This document shows positions 49,388-58,805 of a stretch of DNA of 64,000 nucleotides, in pieces (position 1 is the first letter of the stretch; each line of letters starts with the position of its first letter). The position numbers were made by a program, and so were the translations under genes. A model generated the notes under the pieces. The model had not been told where the DNA came from, made no database searches, and saw only the letters and a list, made by a program, of their open reading frames with translations. Where the stretch lies: contig JBEPYN010000001.1 in the NCBI GenBank assembly GCA_041641305.1, positions 416,001 to 480,000 on the forward strand. Direction: 5' to 3'. This stretch comes from Nitrososphaerota archaeon (GTDB taxonomy: Archaea; Thermoproteota; Nitrososphaeria_A; Caldarchaeales; Caldarchaeaceae).

Positions 49388-50104
49388 CTAACCTCTTTTC
49401 TCTTGACCCGGGTTTGTTTTGAGCAAGGCTGTGTCGATTTTCTCGAACAGTTCCGGAAAGTTTTCTCTGAAGTAGAGCCTTACCACGTATGCTGTTACCC
49501 CTAATCCGACCAGGCCTGACAATATCATGGCCCACCGTGGATAGAAAAGCGACTCGGTTAGGAATGATGAGATAGCTATCCAGAGGGCAGGAGTTAGTAT
49601 GATGAACAGGGCGACAACCGCTTTAGTCACAAGCATTTTGTCGGCGAGTATTCTGGCTATTGCTGCTGATAGGCCCTCGTGTGTCTCGAGCTCTGAGACG
49701 AGGTCGGGTGAGAGATTGTAGAAGGTTTTACCTATGTTTTCGAAGAGCTGTGGGGTGCTTGCCGCGAAGAGGTCGGGCCTAAGCAAAGCCCTTCTCACAC
49801 CGTCGCGTGTAACAAGGTAGACGCTGTCTCCCTCTACAAACACCCCGAGACCTCTCCTTTTAGCAAACCTCTCGATTTTTGACAGGTTATCTGATGCCGT
49901 GATGTTTGGCACAGGGTTCTTAAGAGCCATGCCGAGGAGAGGGGGTGTTGACGGGATGTATCTATTTACAACAAAGGCGCCGTCCCTGAACTCGGGCATC
50001 TTCTCCATCATCACAGCCTCAGGTACATTTTTGCCAAGCTGCTCCAACACGTGTTTGAAAGCTTTAGAAAAGGCCTCGGACATGATCGCCCAAAACATGT
50101 CCAC
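49388..50104 (-). CDS. Hypothetical membrane protein (two C-terminal TM helices)
   Basis: 238-aa ORF with hydrophobic C-terminal segments. Confidence 0.6.
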   Translation of the reverse strand: MDMFWAIMSEAFSKAFKHVLEQLGKNVPEAVMMEKMPEFRDGAFVVNRYIPSTPPLLGMALKNPVPNITASDNLSKIERFAKRRGLGVFVEGDSVYLVTRDGVRRALLRPDLFAASTPQLFENIGKTFYNLSPDLVSELETHEGLSAAIARILADKMLVTKAVVALFIILTPALWIAISSFLTESLFYPRWAMILSGLVGLGVTAYVVRLYFRENFPELFEKIDTALLKTNPGQEKRG

Positions 50105-50197
50105 CGTCTATTTAATCGTGACTTTGTCCACCGGCAACCCAATCCTATGGAGAACATGAAAAAACTAAATAAAACATCTCGGCAACTGGTTACACGG

Positions 50198-50274
50198 GCC
50201 CAGGTGGTATAGCCAGGTTAGCATCGCCGGCTGTCGCCCGGCGGACCCGGGTTCAAATCCCGGCCTGGGCGCCA
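50198..50274 (+). tRNA. tRNA-Asp(GTC), CCA encoded
   Basis: GCCCAGG...GCCGG-CTGTCGC-CCGGC...GGTTCAAATCC...CCTGGGC-G-CCA. Confidence 0.95.
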
Positions 50275-50314
50275 ATCATGAACATTTTAATTGCTTCGGA
50301 GGGTATCATAGATC

Positions 50315-51523
50315 ATGCGGGAAAGGCTTTGGGCCTCTAGGCGGGTTGCTGTCCCCGGTATTGCTTTGGCTACTTTAGCGGGGTTGTTGGGGGTTTTGCT
50401 CGGAGCATTTTGGCTGCTGTCTTTGTCTGGCTCAAGAATGTTCACTGCGCTTGTCATCCATCATCCCAAGCTGGTGCTCTATGGCTTTGTCTACACCTTC
50501 ATAGCCTCTGTAGCTGCCATACTGGTTCCGAGGTTCAGAGATTTTTCTCCGCAAAAGTATGTGAAGACGCGGCAGGTTTCGGTCTCTCTTCTCGCAGGAG
50601 GAGTTCTGATGTCAGTTTTGGGATATCCTTTCAATGTTCTTGGATTTTTGCTGGCATGCCTTGGAGCCTTGGTGTTGACCTTCTACACCGTGAAGGTTGT
50701 TGGCAGGCCGAGAGGATATCTCGCCCCAGCCGACCCCTTAATTATTCTCTCGATGATTTTGATGCCTGTCACGATAGCGGTTCACGGCTGGCTTGAGCTA
50801 TCGGGTTTCAACCCGTTTTCTAGAGAAGGAATACTGCAGCTCGGATTGTATGGTGCACCGGCCTCCATGGTCTTCGGCATAGGCATCAAGACCGTCCGCT
50901 TCCGCATAGACACTCTATTGCGAAGAGGTTTATCATGGATGCTTACCCCCACACAGCTCCTCACCGTTTTTTCCGCATCAGCGGCAGTGGTCACCGGAAA
51001 CCATCTCTACGAAACGCTATCATCTGTGTTTTTTCTCGCATCAACGGTTTTGTGGATTTTTTCTGTCGATGCTTTTCACAGGGTCACGAGTGGGGTGTTG
51101 GTTGAAAGGATGGCGGAGAGAGATAAAGTGAGATATCTCTATTTCTCTATGGTATTTGTTATTGCCTCGGCTTGGCTCATAGCGGCCGCCTTATTTGGAC
51201 TGCTCACACAGCTAACGAGGGAAATTCATCCGATGACATGGTACCTTTTCAGGGACAGCTTCATTCACTCTTTAACGGTAGGCTTCATAGCAAACATGAT
51301 ACTGGCATATTCGCCGATAATTCTCCCCAGCCTCTTCACAGGCCGCATACCATACAAGGGCCTGAGCTATGTGCCAGCTATCTTATTGAACATAGGAAAT
51401 GTGGCTAGAGTGGGATGGTTTCTATCGGGAGCGTTTCCGAACGTACTACTCACAGCAGTGGTTGCAATCGTGTACATCGCCTCGATATTCCTGACATTAG
51501 CCATGATGCATAACCTACGTTAG
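50315..51523 (+). CDS. NnrS-like polytopic membrane protein
   Basis: About 12 TM helices; HPKLVLYGF...ILVPRF and HSLTVGFIANMIL...P motifs. Confidence 0.55.
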   Translation: MRERLWASRRVAVPGIALATLAGLLGVLLGAFWLLSLSGSRMFTALVIHHPKLVLYGFVYTFIASVAAILVPRFRDFSPQKYVKTRQVSVSLLAGGVLMSVLGYPFNVLGFLLACLGALVLTFYTVKVVGRPRGYLAPADPLIILSMILMPVTIAVHGWLELSGFNPFSREGILQLGLYGAPASMVFGIGIKTVRFRIDTLLRRGLSWMLTPTQLLTVFSASAAVVTGNHLYETLSSVFFLASTVLWIFSVDAFHRVTSGVLVERMAERDKVRYLYFSMVFVIASAWLIAAALFGLLTQLTREIHPMTWYLFRDSFIHSLTVGFIANMILAYSPIILPSLFTGRIPYKGLSYVPAILLNIGNVARVGWFLSGAFPNVLLTAVVAIVYIASIFLTLAMMHNLR

Positions 51524-52056
51524 ATTTCGTCCGCGGCTTTCTCGAGCCTGTGATGCTCCTCCTCGCCTACCTCCCTCAGCTCCACCTCCTCATAGCATGC
51601 GTTGGCTTGGCCGATATCTTCTCCAGTGGCCACGTTCTCGCCCATGGGAAATAGAATATCGTTCTCTTTCGCAATGTGTTGTCTTATCAGCCCGATGTAG
51701 TCTTCGCAAACTGTCAACACCTTCTCCAGCCCCTGGCCCTCGTTGAAATATGTCTCGGCGGCTTTCTCCAAACGGCTTATAAGCTCTCGGCCCAATTGAT
51801 GCTCATATAACATCACTCCAATAGGCCCTCCATTCCGCGGTATCCCCCTCTTCTCCATGCATGGAAAAAGACACCGCTCCTCCTTGCCATGGTGGCATCT
51901 ATCAGTAAAAAGTTTCGCAAATTCTATAAACTTCTCGAGACTCTCGCGCTCGATACGCCCACTCAGACGCCATTCCACAACTCTGTTCTCAAGCCGAGCC
52001 ACAGCTCTCAAAATAACCTCATGATCTTTCAACAGAGAACTTGTTAAACTCTCCAA
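51520..52056 (-). CDS. Hemerythrin (HHE)-domain protein
   Basis: DHEVI, HHGKEE..LFP, EHQLGR, HIAKENDILFP; probable TTG start at 52056. Confidence 0.88.
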   Translation of the reverse strand: MESLTSSLLKDHEVILRAVARLENRVVEWRLSGRIERESLEKFIEFAKLFTDRCHHGKEERCLFPCMEKRGIPRNGGPIGVMLYEHQLGRELISRLEKAAETYFNEGQGLEKVLTVCEDYIGLIRQHIAKENDILFPMGENVATGEDIGQANACYEEVELREVGEEEHHRLEKAADEI

Positions 52057-52148
52057 GGTATCATGCAGTAGTTTCCGCACGATATAAATCAGTCGCGGCA
52101 AGCCTCCAACCCATTTTTTTCTGAATAGTCATGTCTATGCTCCGAAGC

Positions 52149-52285
52149 TTAAACAGGCTCTATGTTGCATTTGATTATGCCTTTTTCATATGGTTTCGTC
52201 GCGTGTTTTATACCCCTATTTGTGTATTATGACTTAGCTTAATAGACGCATTGGGGTGACTCGGGCCGGCTCCCGACACCCAGCA
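52149..52285 (-). pseudogene. Decayed duplicate of the 3' end of the gene at 55857-56426
   Basis: Aligns with 55857-55996 (e.g. tagacgcattggg.tgactcgggcc.gctcccgacacccagca) with stops and indels. Confidence 0.85.
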
Positions 52286-52397
52286 TCTAGAGGAGTGCAG
52301 AGAAACTTAACAAACGCACAAGGGCGAGACATGCTGCAGTACTTTTAATCAATGGAGCTTTTTATCATCTAAATATAGGTCTGTAGGGTTTACTGGT

Positions 52398-52970
52398 GTG
52401 GGGTTTGCTGAGTTTATCCGAGATGTTTTGCGGCATGGTGATGTGGGGAAGGTTTTCGCCGTATCTTCGGCTGTTTTTGCGCTGGTTTATGTCTTCGGGG
52501 TTGGAATGGTTTTCCAGCTTCCGTTTGCGCTTCCTCCATCTTTTACCACTCCTTCGGTTGATGTGGTGTTGGATGGGCCGCTGGGACAAGTTCCATTGGT
52601 GACAATTTACGTTAACAGCCGCTGGGCTTTCTCCTTCAACCCCGAGGCTCTCACAGCCTTAACCGCTTTGTCGATATTGTTTGGCTTAAGCATGGCTGCC
52701 ACACTCTACGCAGGGAGATGCTCAGCATGCAACGTAGCCAAAAGAATACATCTATCTTGGGCTGCTGTGCTCCCCTCATTTTTCAGCTTCTTCACATGCT
52801 GCGGAGGAGGAGTAGTATCAAGCATCTTAATCGCATTAGGCATGGGTCTCTCGCTGCTGCAGGACTACGGCAGACTGTTCACCATAGCTTCGGCCTCGGC
52901 TCTTGCCGCAAACCTATACATCACCTATAGAAGAGTTGCGCGAGTGTCTAGAACATTCCATAAAATATAG
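52398..52970 (+). CDS. Hypothetical membrane protein with Cys motifs (CSAC, TCCGGG)
   Basis: Hydrophobic helices and Cys clusters. Confidence 0.6.
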   Translation: MGFAEFIRDVLRHGDVGKVFAVSSAVFALVYVFGVGMVFQLPFALPPSFTTPSVDVVLDGPLGQVPLVTIYVNSRWAFSFNPEALTALTALSILFGLSMAATLYAGRCSACNVAKRIHLSWAAVLPSFFSFFTCCGGGVVSSILIALGMGLSLLQDYGRLFTIASASALAANLYITYRRVARVSRTFHKI

Positions 52971-53037
52971 TAGGTCACACAAGATTTGCAACATTTCAGA
53001 TTTTTGTTGAGAGGAAATAACTTTTGATGTGCCGCGG

Positions 53038-53988
53038 TTAACCTGCAGTCAACATATCTGCAATCCGGAGCCAGTCGTCCTCTGTTAGAGTCCCAAACCT
53101 TTTCTCATAAACTATGCTGCCGTCAACAGATATGCCGAAAACGGTTTCCTGGCTTATCACCCGCAGAGAAACAAGGAAGTCGACGTTGGGTAGTGTTACT
53201 ATCCAGTCGCTGTGTGCGTTGTGCTGTTCGAGAAATCGCGTTATTTTTTCAACAGTGTCTCCTGGGTCGAAGCTTGACAAAAAAACGGTCACCTTCTCTC
53301 TCATTGACTCATAGGCTCTACTGAGTGTTGTAATGTTTTTGCTGCAGGTCGGACACCAAGTCGCGAAGAAAACGAGCACCAATGGTTTACCTCTTTTGAG
53401 AGCCTCTGAAACCGTGGTTACGTTGTTGTGCAAGGTTTTCAGAGGTATGTTGAAGGCATTGTGGACATCACTAACCTCACTATGCTGATGGCCCTCCTGC
53501 TTTTCCCCATCGGTAAACTTTTTTAACACCACATCCCACCCCATCACCTCTCCACCAAACTTACCACCAAAGTCCAGAGCATCTGAGAAGGATTTGAACG
53601 CAATAACCCCGTGTCTCATAGGTGTCATGACAGACGAGCCCTTCACATACCATGCGACTTTTGCATCAACCTTCTCTGACGACAAATAGTCGTAAACGGC
53701 CGCTCGCTTTACCTCCGCGTTCTTAACCATGTTCTGAACAGGTGGAATAATCCCCATGTGGGATAGGTAATGTATCATCATGCATCCAACGTCGTCGTAG
53801 AAAAGGGTCTGATTGTCTACGATGAGTTCGGCGGCAAACCTCAGGTCCCTGATTTCCATTCCACAGTAGCTGCAGCTTCTTCCGATGGGGCCAGGTTCGT
53901 CAGCCACCGGAGAGGTTCTTAAAAAAACGATTGAGACTACAGCCGTGGCCAGACAAGCTGAAGCAGCGAGAAAAAGCCTTCTCTTCAA
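53038..53988 (-). CDS. NosL-like Cu chaperone domain fused to a thioredoxin/TlpA-like domain, N-terminal signal
   Basis: CSYCGM...FYDDVGCM...TPMRHGVIAF (NosL); FFATWCPTC (Trx). Confidence 0.82.
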   Translation of the reverse strand: MKRRLFLAASACLATAVVSIVFLRTSPVADEPGPIGRSCSYCGMEIRDLRFAAELIVDNQTLFYDDVGCMMIHYLSHMGIIPPVQNMVKNAEVKRAAVYDYLSSEKVDAKVAWYVKGSSVMTPMRHGVIAFKSFSDALDFGGKFGGEVMGWDVVLKKFTDGEKQEGHQHSEVSDVHNAFNIPLKTLHNNVTTVSEALKRGKPLVLVFFATWCPTCSKNITTLSRAYESMREKVTVFLSSFDPGDTVEKITRFLEQHNAHSDWIVTLPNVDFLVSLRVISQETVFGISVDGSIVYEKRFGTLTEDDWLRIADMLTAG

Positions 53989-54045
53989 GACAGTCTACTA
54001 CCTTCGCCACCGCTTTACTCGGCAGAACATGGACAAGTCAGCGCG

Positions 54046-55059
54046 TTACTCTTCAATGATGATTAACCCTATCATCCCCGCGTCGGCGTGGCTAACCACA
54101 TGGCAGTGGAATAAGTAAACACCTGGCTTGTTGTATACAAGGATGACTGTGTCGGCGGCGCCCGGTACGAGGGGCACAATCTGCGCTGGCCAACTTCTTC
54201 CACCCAGCACATACTGTGAGCGATGGTCTCCCACATGGGCGTGGAAGCTGTGGAAAAGGTCCCCTATGTTGATTATGTGGAACCTAAGCCTCTCACCGAG
54301 CTTGGCCTTGAAGACGGGCAGCGACTTGTTGAAGAGCTGCGAAACCCCCTGTAACCCCTTGAGCTGTGGGTAAATTGTGCTCTTGCCCAAGAACACCTTC
54401 TCAAGCTCCGGCTCACCGCCTGGGACACCCATGCTGTTCATGATGTAGAAGGGACGTGGACCTGTGCCTACAATAGCTCCTCTCACCGCAGGTGTTTCAG
54501 CCATGAAGACCACAAAGTTCCGGGAAGGCGGCTCATCTATCTCGTCAACGATTATGGCCCCGTACAATCCCATAAGCATATGGTCAACAATCCTTAGGCC
54601 TCCGTCGGCTGAGTGACAGTGGTAGTACCATATGCCTGCCTTAGTCGCTGGCCATTCGTAAACCCATTCACCGCCCGGGGGAATCATCGAGCCAGCTCCA
54701 ACTCCGGTGATTATGTTTACCTGGCTGCCGTCATGCTGAAGGTCATAATATGGGAGATGTGGGTGGAGACTGTGGGTTAGATTAAGCCTGTTGATGGCCC
54801 TGACCCTGATGATATCACCTACCTTCGCGTAAAGAGTCGGGCCAGGAACTGTTCCGTTATAGGTCCACGCATGCCAGACGACGCCGGGAGCCAACTCTAT
54901 TTCAGCAGGCTCTATAATGATGGTGTACTCTCTAATGTTGGCCTGCTGTGCCACGCCGAAAAGATTCGGAAACCATGTCGGTGCCCAAAAGATGGCTGTT
55001 GCATAACCCATCAAAAAGCCTGCAGCAATCAACGCAGCCAGTATATATGCGGCTCTCAT
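54046..55059 (-). CDS. Two-domain multicopper oxidase (exported)
   Basis: YNGTVPGP, HSLHPH, YHCH...HMLMGL; HSFHAH, FHCHVVSHADAGM. Confidence 0.88.
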   Translation of the reverse strand: MRAAYILAALIAAGFLMGYATAIFWAPTWFPNLFGVAQQANIREYTIIIEPAEIELAPGVVWHAWTYNGTVPGPTLYAKVGDIIRVRAINRLNLTHSLHPHLPYYDLQHDGSQVNIITGVGAGSMIPPGGEWVYEWPATKAGIWYYHCHSADGGLRIVDHMLMGLYGAIIVDEIDEPPSRNFVVFMAETPAVRGAIVGTGPRPFYIMNSMGVPGGEPELEKVFLGKSTIYPQLKGLQGVSQLFNKSLPVFKAKLGERLRFHIINIGDLFHSFHAHVGDHRSQYVLGGRSWPAQIVPLVPGAADTVILVYNKPGVYLFHCHVVSHADAGMIGLIIIEE

Positions 55060-55147
55060 GGTTCGGGCGAATAAAGGCTCCGATATAATCTTAAGCACGG
55101 GAAATAGACATAAATGCTAAAAAACCCTTACATATGAGGGTTCAATA

Positions 55148-55762
55148 ATGGAGGAGGCCGTCCTCAGGCTCAGGGTCGAGTGCCCAACCATCGCTGAGAT
55201 AATGAAGTATTCCTCATCGGTTGAAATTTTGAGCTGCAAACCCTTTAACAACTCCGACGGCACCAGCACGATCCTAACTTTTAGAACCAAATTGTCTACC
55301 TCACAGCTACAAACACATTTTCAGAGCAACCCCCAAGTGTTGGAGGCGCAGTTCAGAAAAATAGGTCGTGAAGGAGGAGTTGCAGTAGTCACATCCTTCA
55401 AATGTCCCTGCACAAAAACGGGAATACTAAACACCCATGTCCTCTCCATAAAAAAGGACGGAAACTGGATAACCTTTCACATAGTTTTCATCAACAAACA
55501 GGAGAAGGAGAAGATTATAAGGAACATTGACGCAACAGGAATAAAATACGAGCTTGAGACAACAAGATTCTTCACCACAAAAAATATTCTAACCACTAAA
55601 CAGGAGGCGGTTTTAAGACACGCCCTAGAAAAAGGCTTCTTCAGGCATCCAAGACCCATGAACATCACTCAAATGGCGAAACACTTCGGCGTTTCAGCCT
55701 CATCCTATACCGAAACGCTGAAAAAAGCATTAGAGAAAATAGTTGCGAAAGTTCTTTTTTGA
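55148..55762 (+). CDS. Bat/HTH_10-family transcriptional regulator
   Basis: LTTKQEAVLRHALEKGFF.HPR...MAKHFGVS.SS..ETLKKA. Confidence 0.85.
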   Translation: MEEAVLRLRVECPTIAEIMKYSSSVEILSCKPFNNSDGTSTILTFRTKLSTSQLQTHFQSNPQVLEAQFRKIGREGGVAVVTSFKCPCTKTGILNTHVLSIKKDGNWITFHIVFINKQEKEKIIRNIDATGIKYELETTRFFTTKNILTTKQEAVLRHALEKGFFRHPRPMNITQMAKHFGVSASSYTETLKKALEKIVAKVLF

Positions 55763-55856
55763 CAGCTGCTTTCAAGCTCTTTCACAGATCTAAAGATAAC
55801 CTCTGTAGACCGTAACTGTTTATTACTACAAGCTTGCCAAATGGGGAGTTGCTGAG

Positions 55857-56426
55857 CTATAGCGGCTCTATGTCGCATTTGATGATGCCTTTTCCTATGG
55901 TTTCGTTGCGTGTTTTGTACCCGTATTCGTGTATTATGGCTTTGAAGGCTTCGTAGACGCATTGGGTTGACTCGGGCCTGCTCCCGACACCCAGCACCGC
56001 TATCTCATATTGCTTCATCTGCTTCATCTTAACCTCGAGACGCTTAAGTGGAAAGAACTGCCCCACAGTTTTCGCGAGGTCGAAAAGCTCCTCGATACTT
56101 GTAGCATAGACCTTGAGCACTTTGCCAACATCTCTTCCAAGCTGTCTGAACCTTTCAAGAAGCTTCTCCCTGTTCACCATGTATAGGTCTGCTATCAGCA
56201 TGTCCATAAACTCGGAAGGCAGAACCACCGCGTCCAAATCCTTCAAGAGAACATGTGCCCTGAAAAGTGCTTTTACATCCTGAGGCTCGATGTTTTCCTT
56301 CATCATTTCCACGAAGGTTTGGAGAATCTGGTTGGTCAATGAATAAAGTGTCATGTGCTTAGCTTCAGCAAGTTTTGACAGTGATTCAGCTATTTGGGCG
56401 TCGACGGCGAGGGAGGCTCTAACCAT
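55857..56426 (-). CDS. Conserved hypothetical protein (RHH-like N-terminus)
   Basis: 189-aa ATG ORF; N-terminal RASLAVD...LAEAKHMTLYSL resembles ribbon-helix-helix. Confidence 0.6.
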   Translation of the reverse strand: MVRASLAVDAQIAESLSKLAEAKHMTLYSLTNQILQTFVEMMKENIEPQDVKALFRAHVLLKDLDAVVLPSEFMDMLIADLYMVNREKLLERFRQLGRDVGKVLKVYATSIEELFDLAKTVGQFFPLKRLEVKMKQMKQYEIAVLGVGSRPESTQCVYEAFKAIIHEYGYKTRNETIGKGIIKCDIEPL

Positions 56427-56457
56427 AGTGCCGACCTATACCCATGGTCTATTAAGC

Positions 56458-57717
56458 TTAACGGGTGAATATTTGATGAAAACGCAGCGACTTTTCGAAG
56501 GTTATTTCCTCGAAGTTGATGCCTAGTGACCGGGCGTAGCGGTATGACTCCAATATCTCCTCTTCTGTTGGATAACGTGCCATATCGCTGTATCTTTTGT
56601 CGAAACGTGGATCGGATGGGTTGCAGTAGCAGTCTGGGTGATACTGGTCCATGATATTGACAGGTGTGTCGGGCATGTTCTCGGCTATCCATCGGAGCGC
56701 CGGCTTGGTGCAGCATTCCACGTGACCCGGCATAACTAGGTGCCTGATTACAATGTCCTCGCCCCAATCATATATCAGCTTATGGTTTTGTGTAACCGTC
56801 TCCAAATACCATGGTGTTCTCGAGAGCCAGATAGCGCATTTGTCGTTCCCGAATTTGAAGTCGGGCAGCCAGATGTCGACGATTTCGCGGAGTATTTTCA
56901 TCGTTTCGCCGCTCATGTACATGTTTGAGTTCCAGAGGATGGGGATGTTGAACTCGCCTTCGTAGAAGGCGTTTCTTGTGTCGAGGCTGTAGGGATAGTA
57001 GATGTCCGCCTTGGCGTCCATAGCCTCCGTATATGTTTCTTTGAAAAATCTGAGCATGCTTATGGCTTCGACGATGGTGTGGAGATGTATGGTTGGTTCT
57101 CCGCCGACGAGGTTGATATTGTGACATCCCTCCATACGGAGTTGCCACATGGCCCACGCCAACATCTGAGGTGTGAAGACTATGCCGTTGTCCTTGTCAT
57201 GCGATATGTCAGCGTTTTGGCAGAATACGCACCGCATGTTGCATGATGTGAAGAATATTGTTCCGGACCCTTTTGTACCCCTTATCGGAAGCTCCTCGCC
57301 CCTGTGGTGAAAATAGCTTGAGACACGTGTGACTGATTCGAGCTGGCAAGTCCCATGTTTGCCGCCTGCCGCCCTGTCAACCCGACAGTTCCAGCGGCAG
57401 AAGTTACAGTGCCTAAGCATCTTTTTAACCAACGCAACTTTGACATCGAGGAAACTGGGCTTTTCTACCCTCAGCTCTTTAAATGAGATCGCCCCTTCCC
57501 TAATCCCTTTGCGGATCCTGTGGAATTCTTCAGCCGCTCTGTCATGTAGGCGCCAGAGCTCCTCCTCCGTCAACCCGTCCAGCTCATCACCGACGGGGAT
57601 GCGCCGGCATATCAGATACTTCGCCGGCAACCTGTTCACCGACACCTGGAAATACCAGTCAAGCTTATTCCGTATCTCCGGTGTTCTCCAGACAGACAGA
57701 GACTCGAAGGCCGCCAT
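56458..57717 (-). CDS. Radical SAM protein, PflX-like
   Basis: SGTIFFTSCNMRCVFCQN CxxxCxxC, NINLVGGEPT, DFKFGN, RHLVMPGH. Confidence 0.88.
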   Translation of the reverse strand: MAAFESLSVWRTPEIRNKLDWYFQVSVNRLPAKYLICRRIPVGDELDGLTEEELWRLHDRAAEEFHRIRKGIREGAISFKELRVEKPSFLDVKVALVKKMLRHCNFCRWNCRVDRAAGGKHGTCQLESVTRVSSYFHHRGEELPIRGTKGSGTIFFTSCNMRCVFCQNADISHDKDNGIVFTPQMLAWAMWQLRMEGCHNINLVGGEPTIHLHTIVEAISMLRFFKETYTEAMDAKADIYYPYSLDTRNAFYEGEFNIPILWNSNMYMSGETMKILREIVDIWLPDFKFGNDKCAIWLSRTPWYLETVTQNHKLIYDWGEDIVIRHLVMPGHVECCTKPALRWIAENMPDTPVNIMDQYHPDCYCNPSDPRFDKRYSDMARYPTEEEILESYRYARSLGINFEEITFEKSLRFHQIFTR

Positions 57718-57779
57718 TCCAACAATGTGTTAGCTTCGGTGAACTTATGCTTTTATCCAGCCAGGGGTAACACGGCCCC

Positions 57780-58799
57780 ATGTACACGGTCAGCGTCATA
57801 AAAGGTGATGGCATAGGGCCGCATATTGTTGAGGAGACTTGTCGTCTTGTAGGTTGGCTTTGCCAAAGTCTGGGTGTTGAGCTGGAGTTTACCGATGCTC
57901 CTGCGGGTGACACGGTCAAAGAGGCTACGGGCTCTGCTCTGCCACCAGAGTCGCTGGAGACGATCATGAAGAGTGACGCGTGCCTGAAAGGCCCCGTCGG
58001 AGAAACCGCGAGAGACGTGATCGTTTACCTAAGGCAGAGGCTGGATCTTTACGCCAACATCAGGCCTTTCAAGAACATGCCCGGCGTCAAGAGCAAATGG
58101 ACCGGTGTTGACTTCGTGATCGTGAGGGAGAACACTGAAGATGTCTACAAATCTGTTGAAGATGTTGGCGTAGATTATGCCGTTGCGCTGCTGATTGTTT
58201 CGCGGCGTGCGGCCGAGAGAATCGCACGTGTTGCCTTCGAAATGGCTGAGACGAGGAGACGTAAAGTGACTGTTGTCCATAAGAGTAATGTGGTCAGGGC
58301 TTACGGATTTTTCCGCGACATCTGCTTTGAGGTTGCCAAGAATTACCGCGATGTGGTTGTCGAAGAGATGTATGTGGATAATGCCGCTTATCAGATGGTT
58401 TTGAACCCTCATCAGTTCGACGTAATACTCACACCCAACATGTTTGGGGACATTTTGAGCGACCTGGCAGCTGGTGTGGTCGGCACGATTGGTGTTGCTG
58501 GGTCGGCAAACGTCGGCGACCGCTTCGGTTTATTTGAGCCTGTTCACGGCTCCGCTCCAACACTAAACCCTGAGCAGGCCAACCCGACTGGACAATTACT
58601 CGCGGCGAAGATGATGCTAGACTGGTTGGGCCGCTTCAAAGTGGAAAAGCGTTTGACAGAGGCTGGAGAGATTCTCGAAAAAGCGGTGTACAGTGTATTG
58701 GCGGAGGGTCGTGCCCTAACTATGGACCTCGGCGGCTCGGCTACATGCAGTCAATTTGTTGAAGAGGTGCGGAAAAAAGCCGAGGCTCTCCTTAGGTGA
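57780..58799 (+). CDS. Isocitrate/isopropylmalate dehydrogenase family (LeuB or homoisocitrate dehydrogenase)
   Basis: [33 protein letters not shown]. Confidence 0.85.
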   Translation: MYTVSVIKGDGIGPHIVEETCRLVGWLCQSLGVELEFTDAPAGDTVKEATGSALPPESLETIMKSDACLKGPVGETARDVIVYLRQRLDLYANIRPFKNMPGVKSKWTGVDFVIVRENTEDVYKSVEDVGVDYAVALLIVSRRAAERIARVAFEMAETRRRKVTVVHKSNVVRAYGFFRDICFEVAKNYRDVVVEEMYVDNAAYQMVLNPHQFDVILTPNMFGDILSDLAAGVVGTIGVAGSANVGDRFGLFEPVHGSAPTLNPEQANPTGQLLAAKMMLDWLGRFKVEKRLTEAGEILEKAVYSVLAEGRALTMDLGGSATCSQFVEEVRKKAEALLR

Positions 58800-58805
58800 G
58801 GGCCT

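Noticed and set aside
50198-50274. tRNA-Asp as integration site of an island
   Set aside because: No duplicated tRNA 3' end or integrase was seen in the window.
54046-55059. NirK nitrite reductase call
   Set aside because: HxH and HCH motifs in both domains indicate a trinuclear-cluster oxidase.
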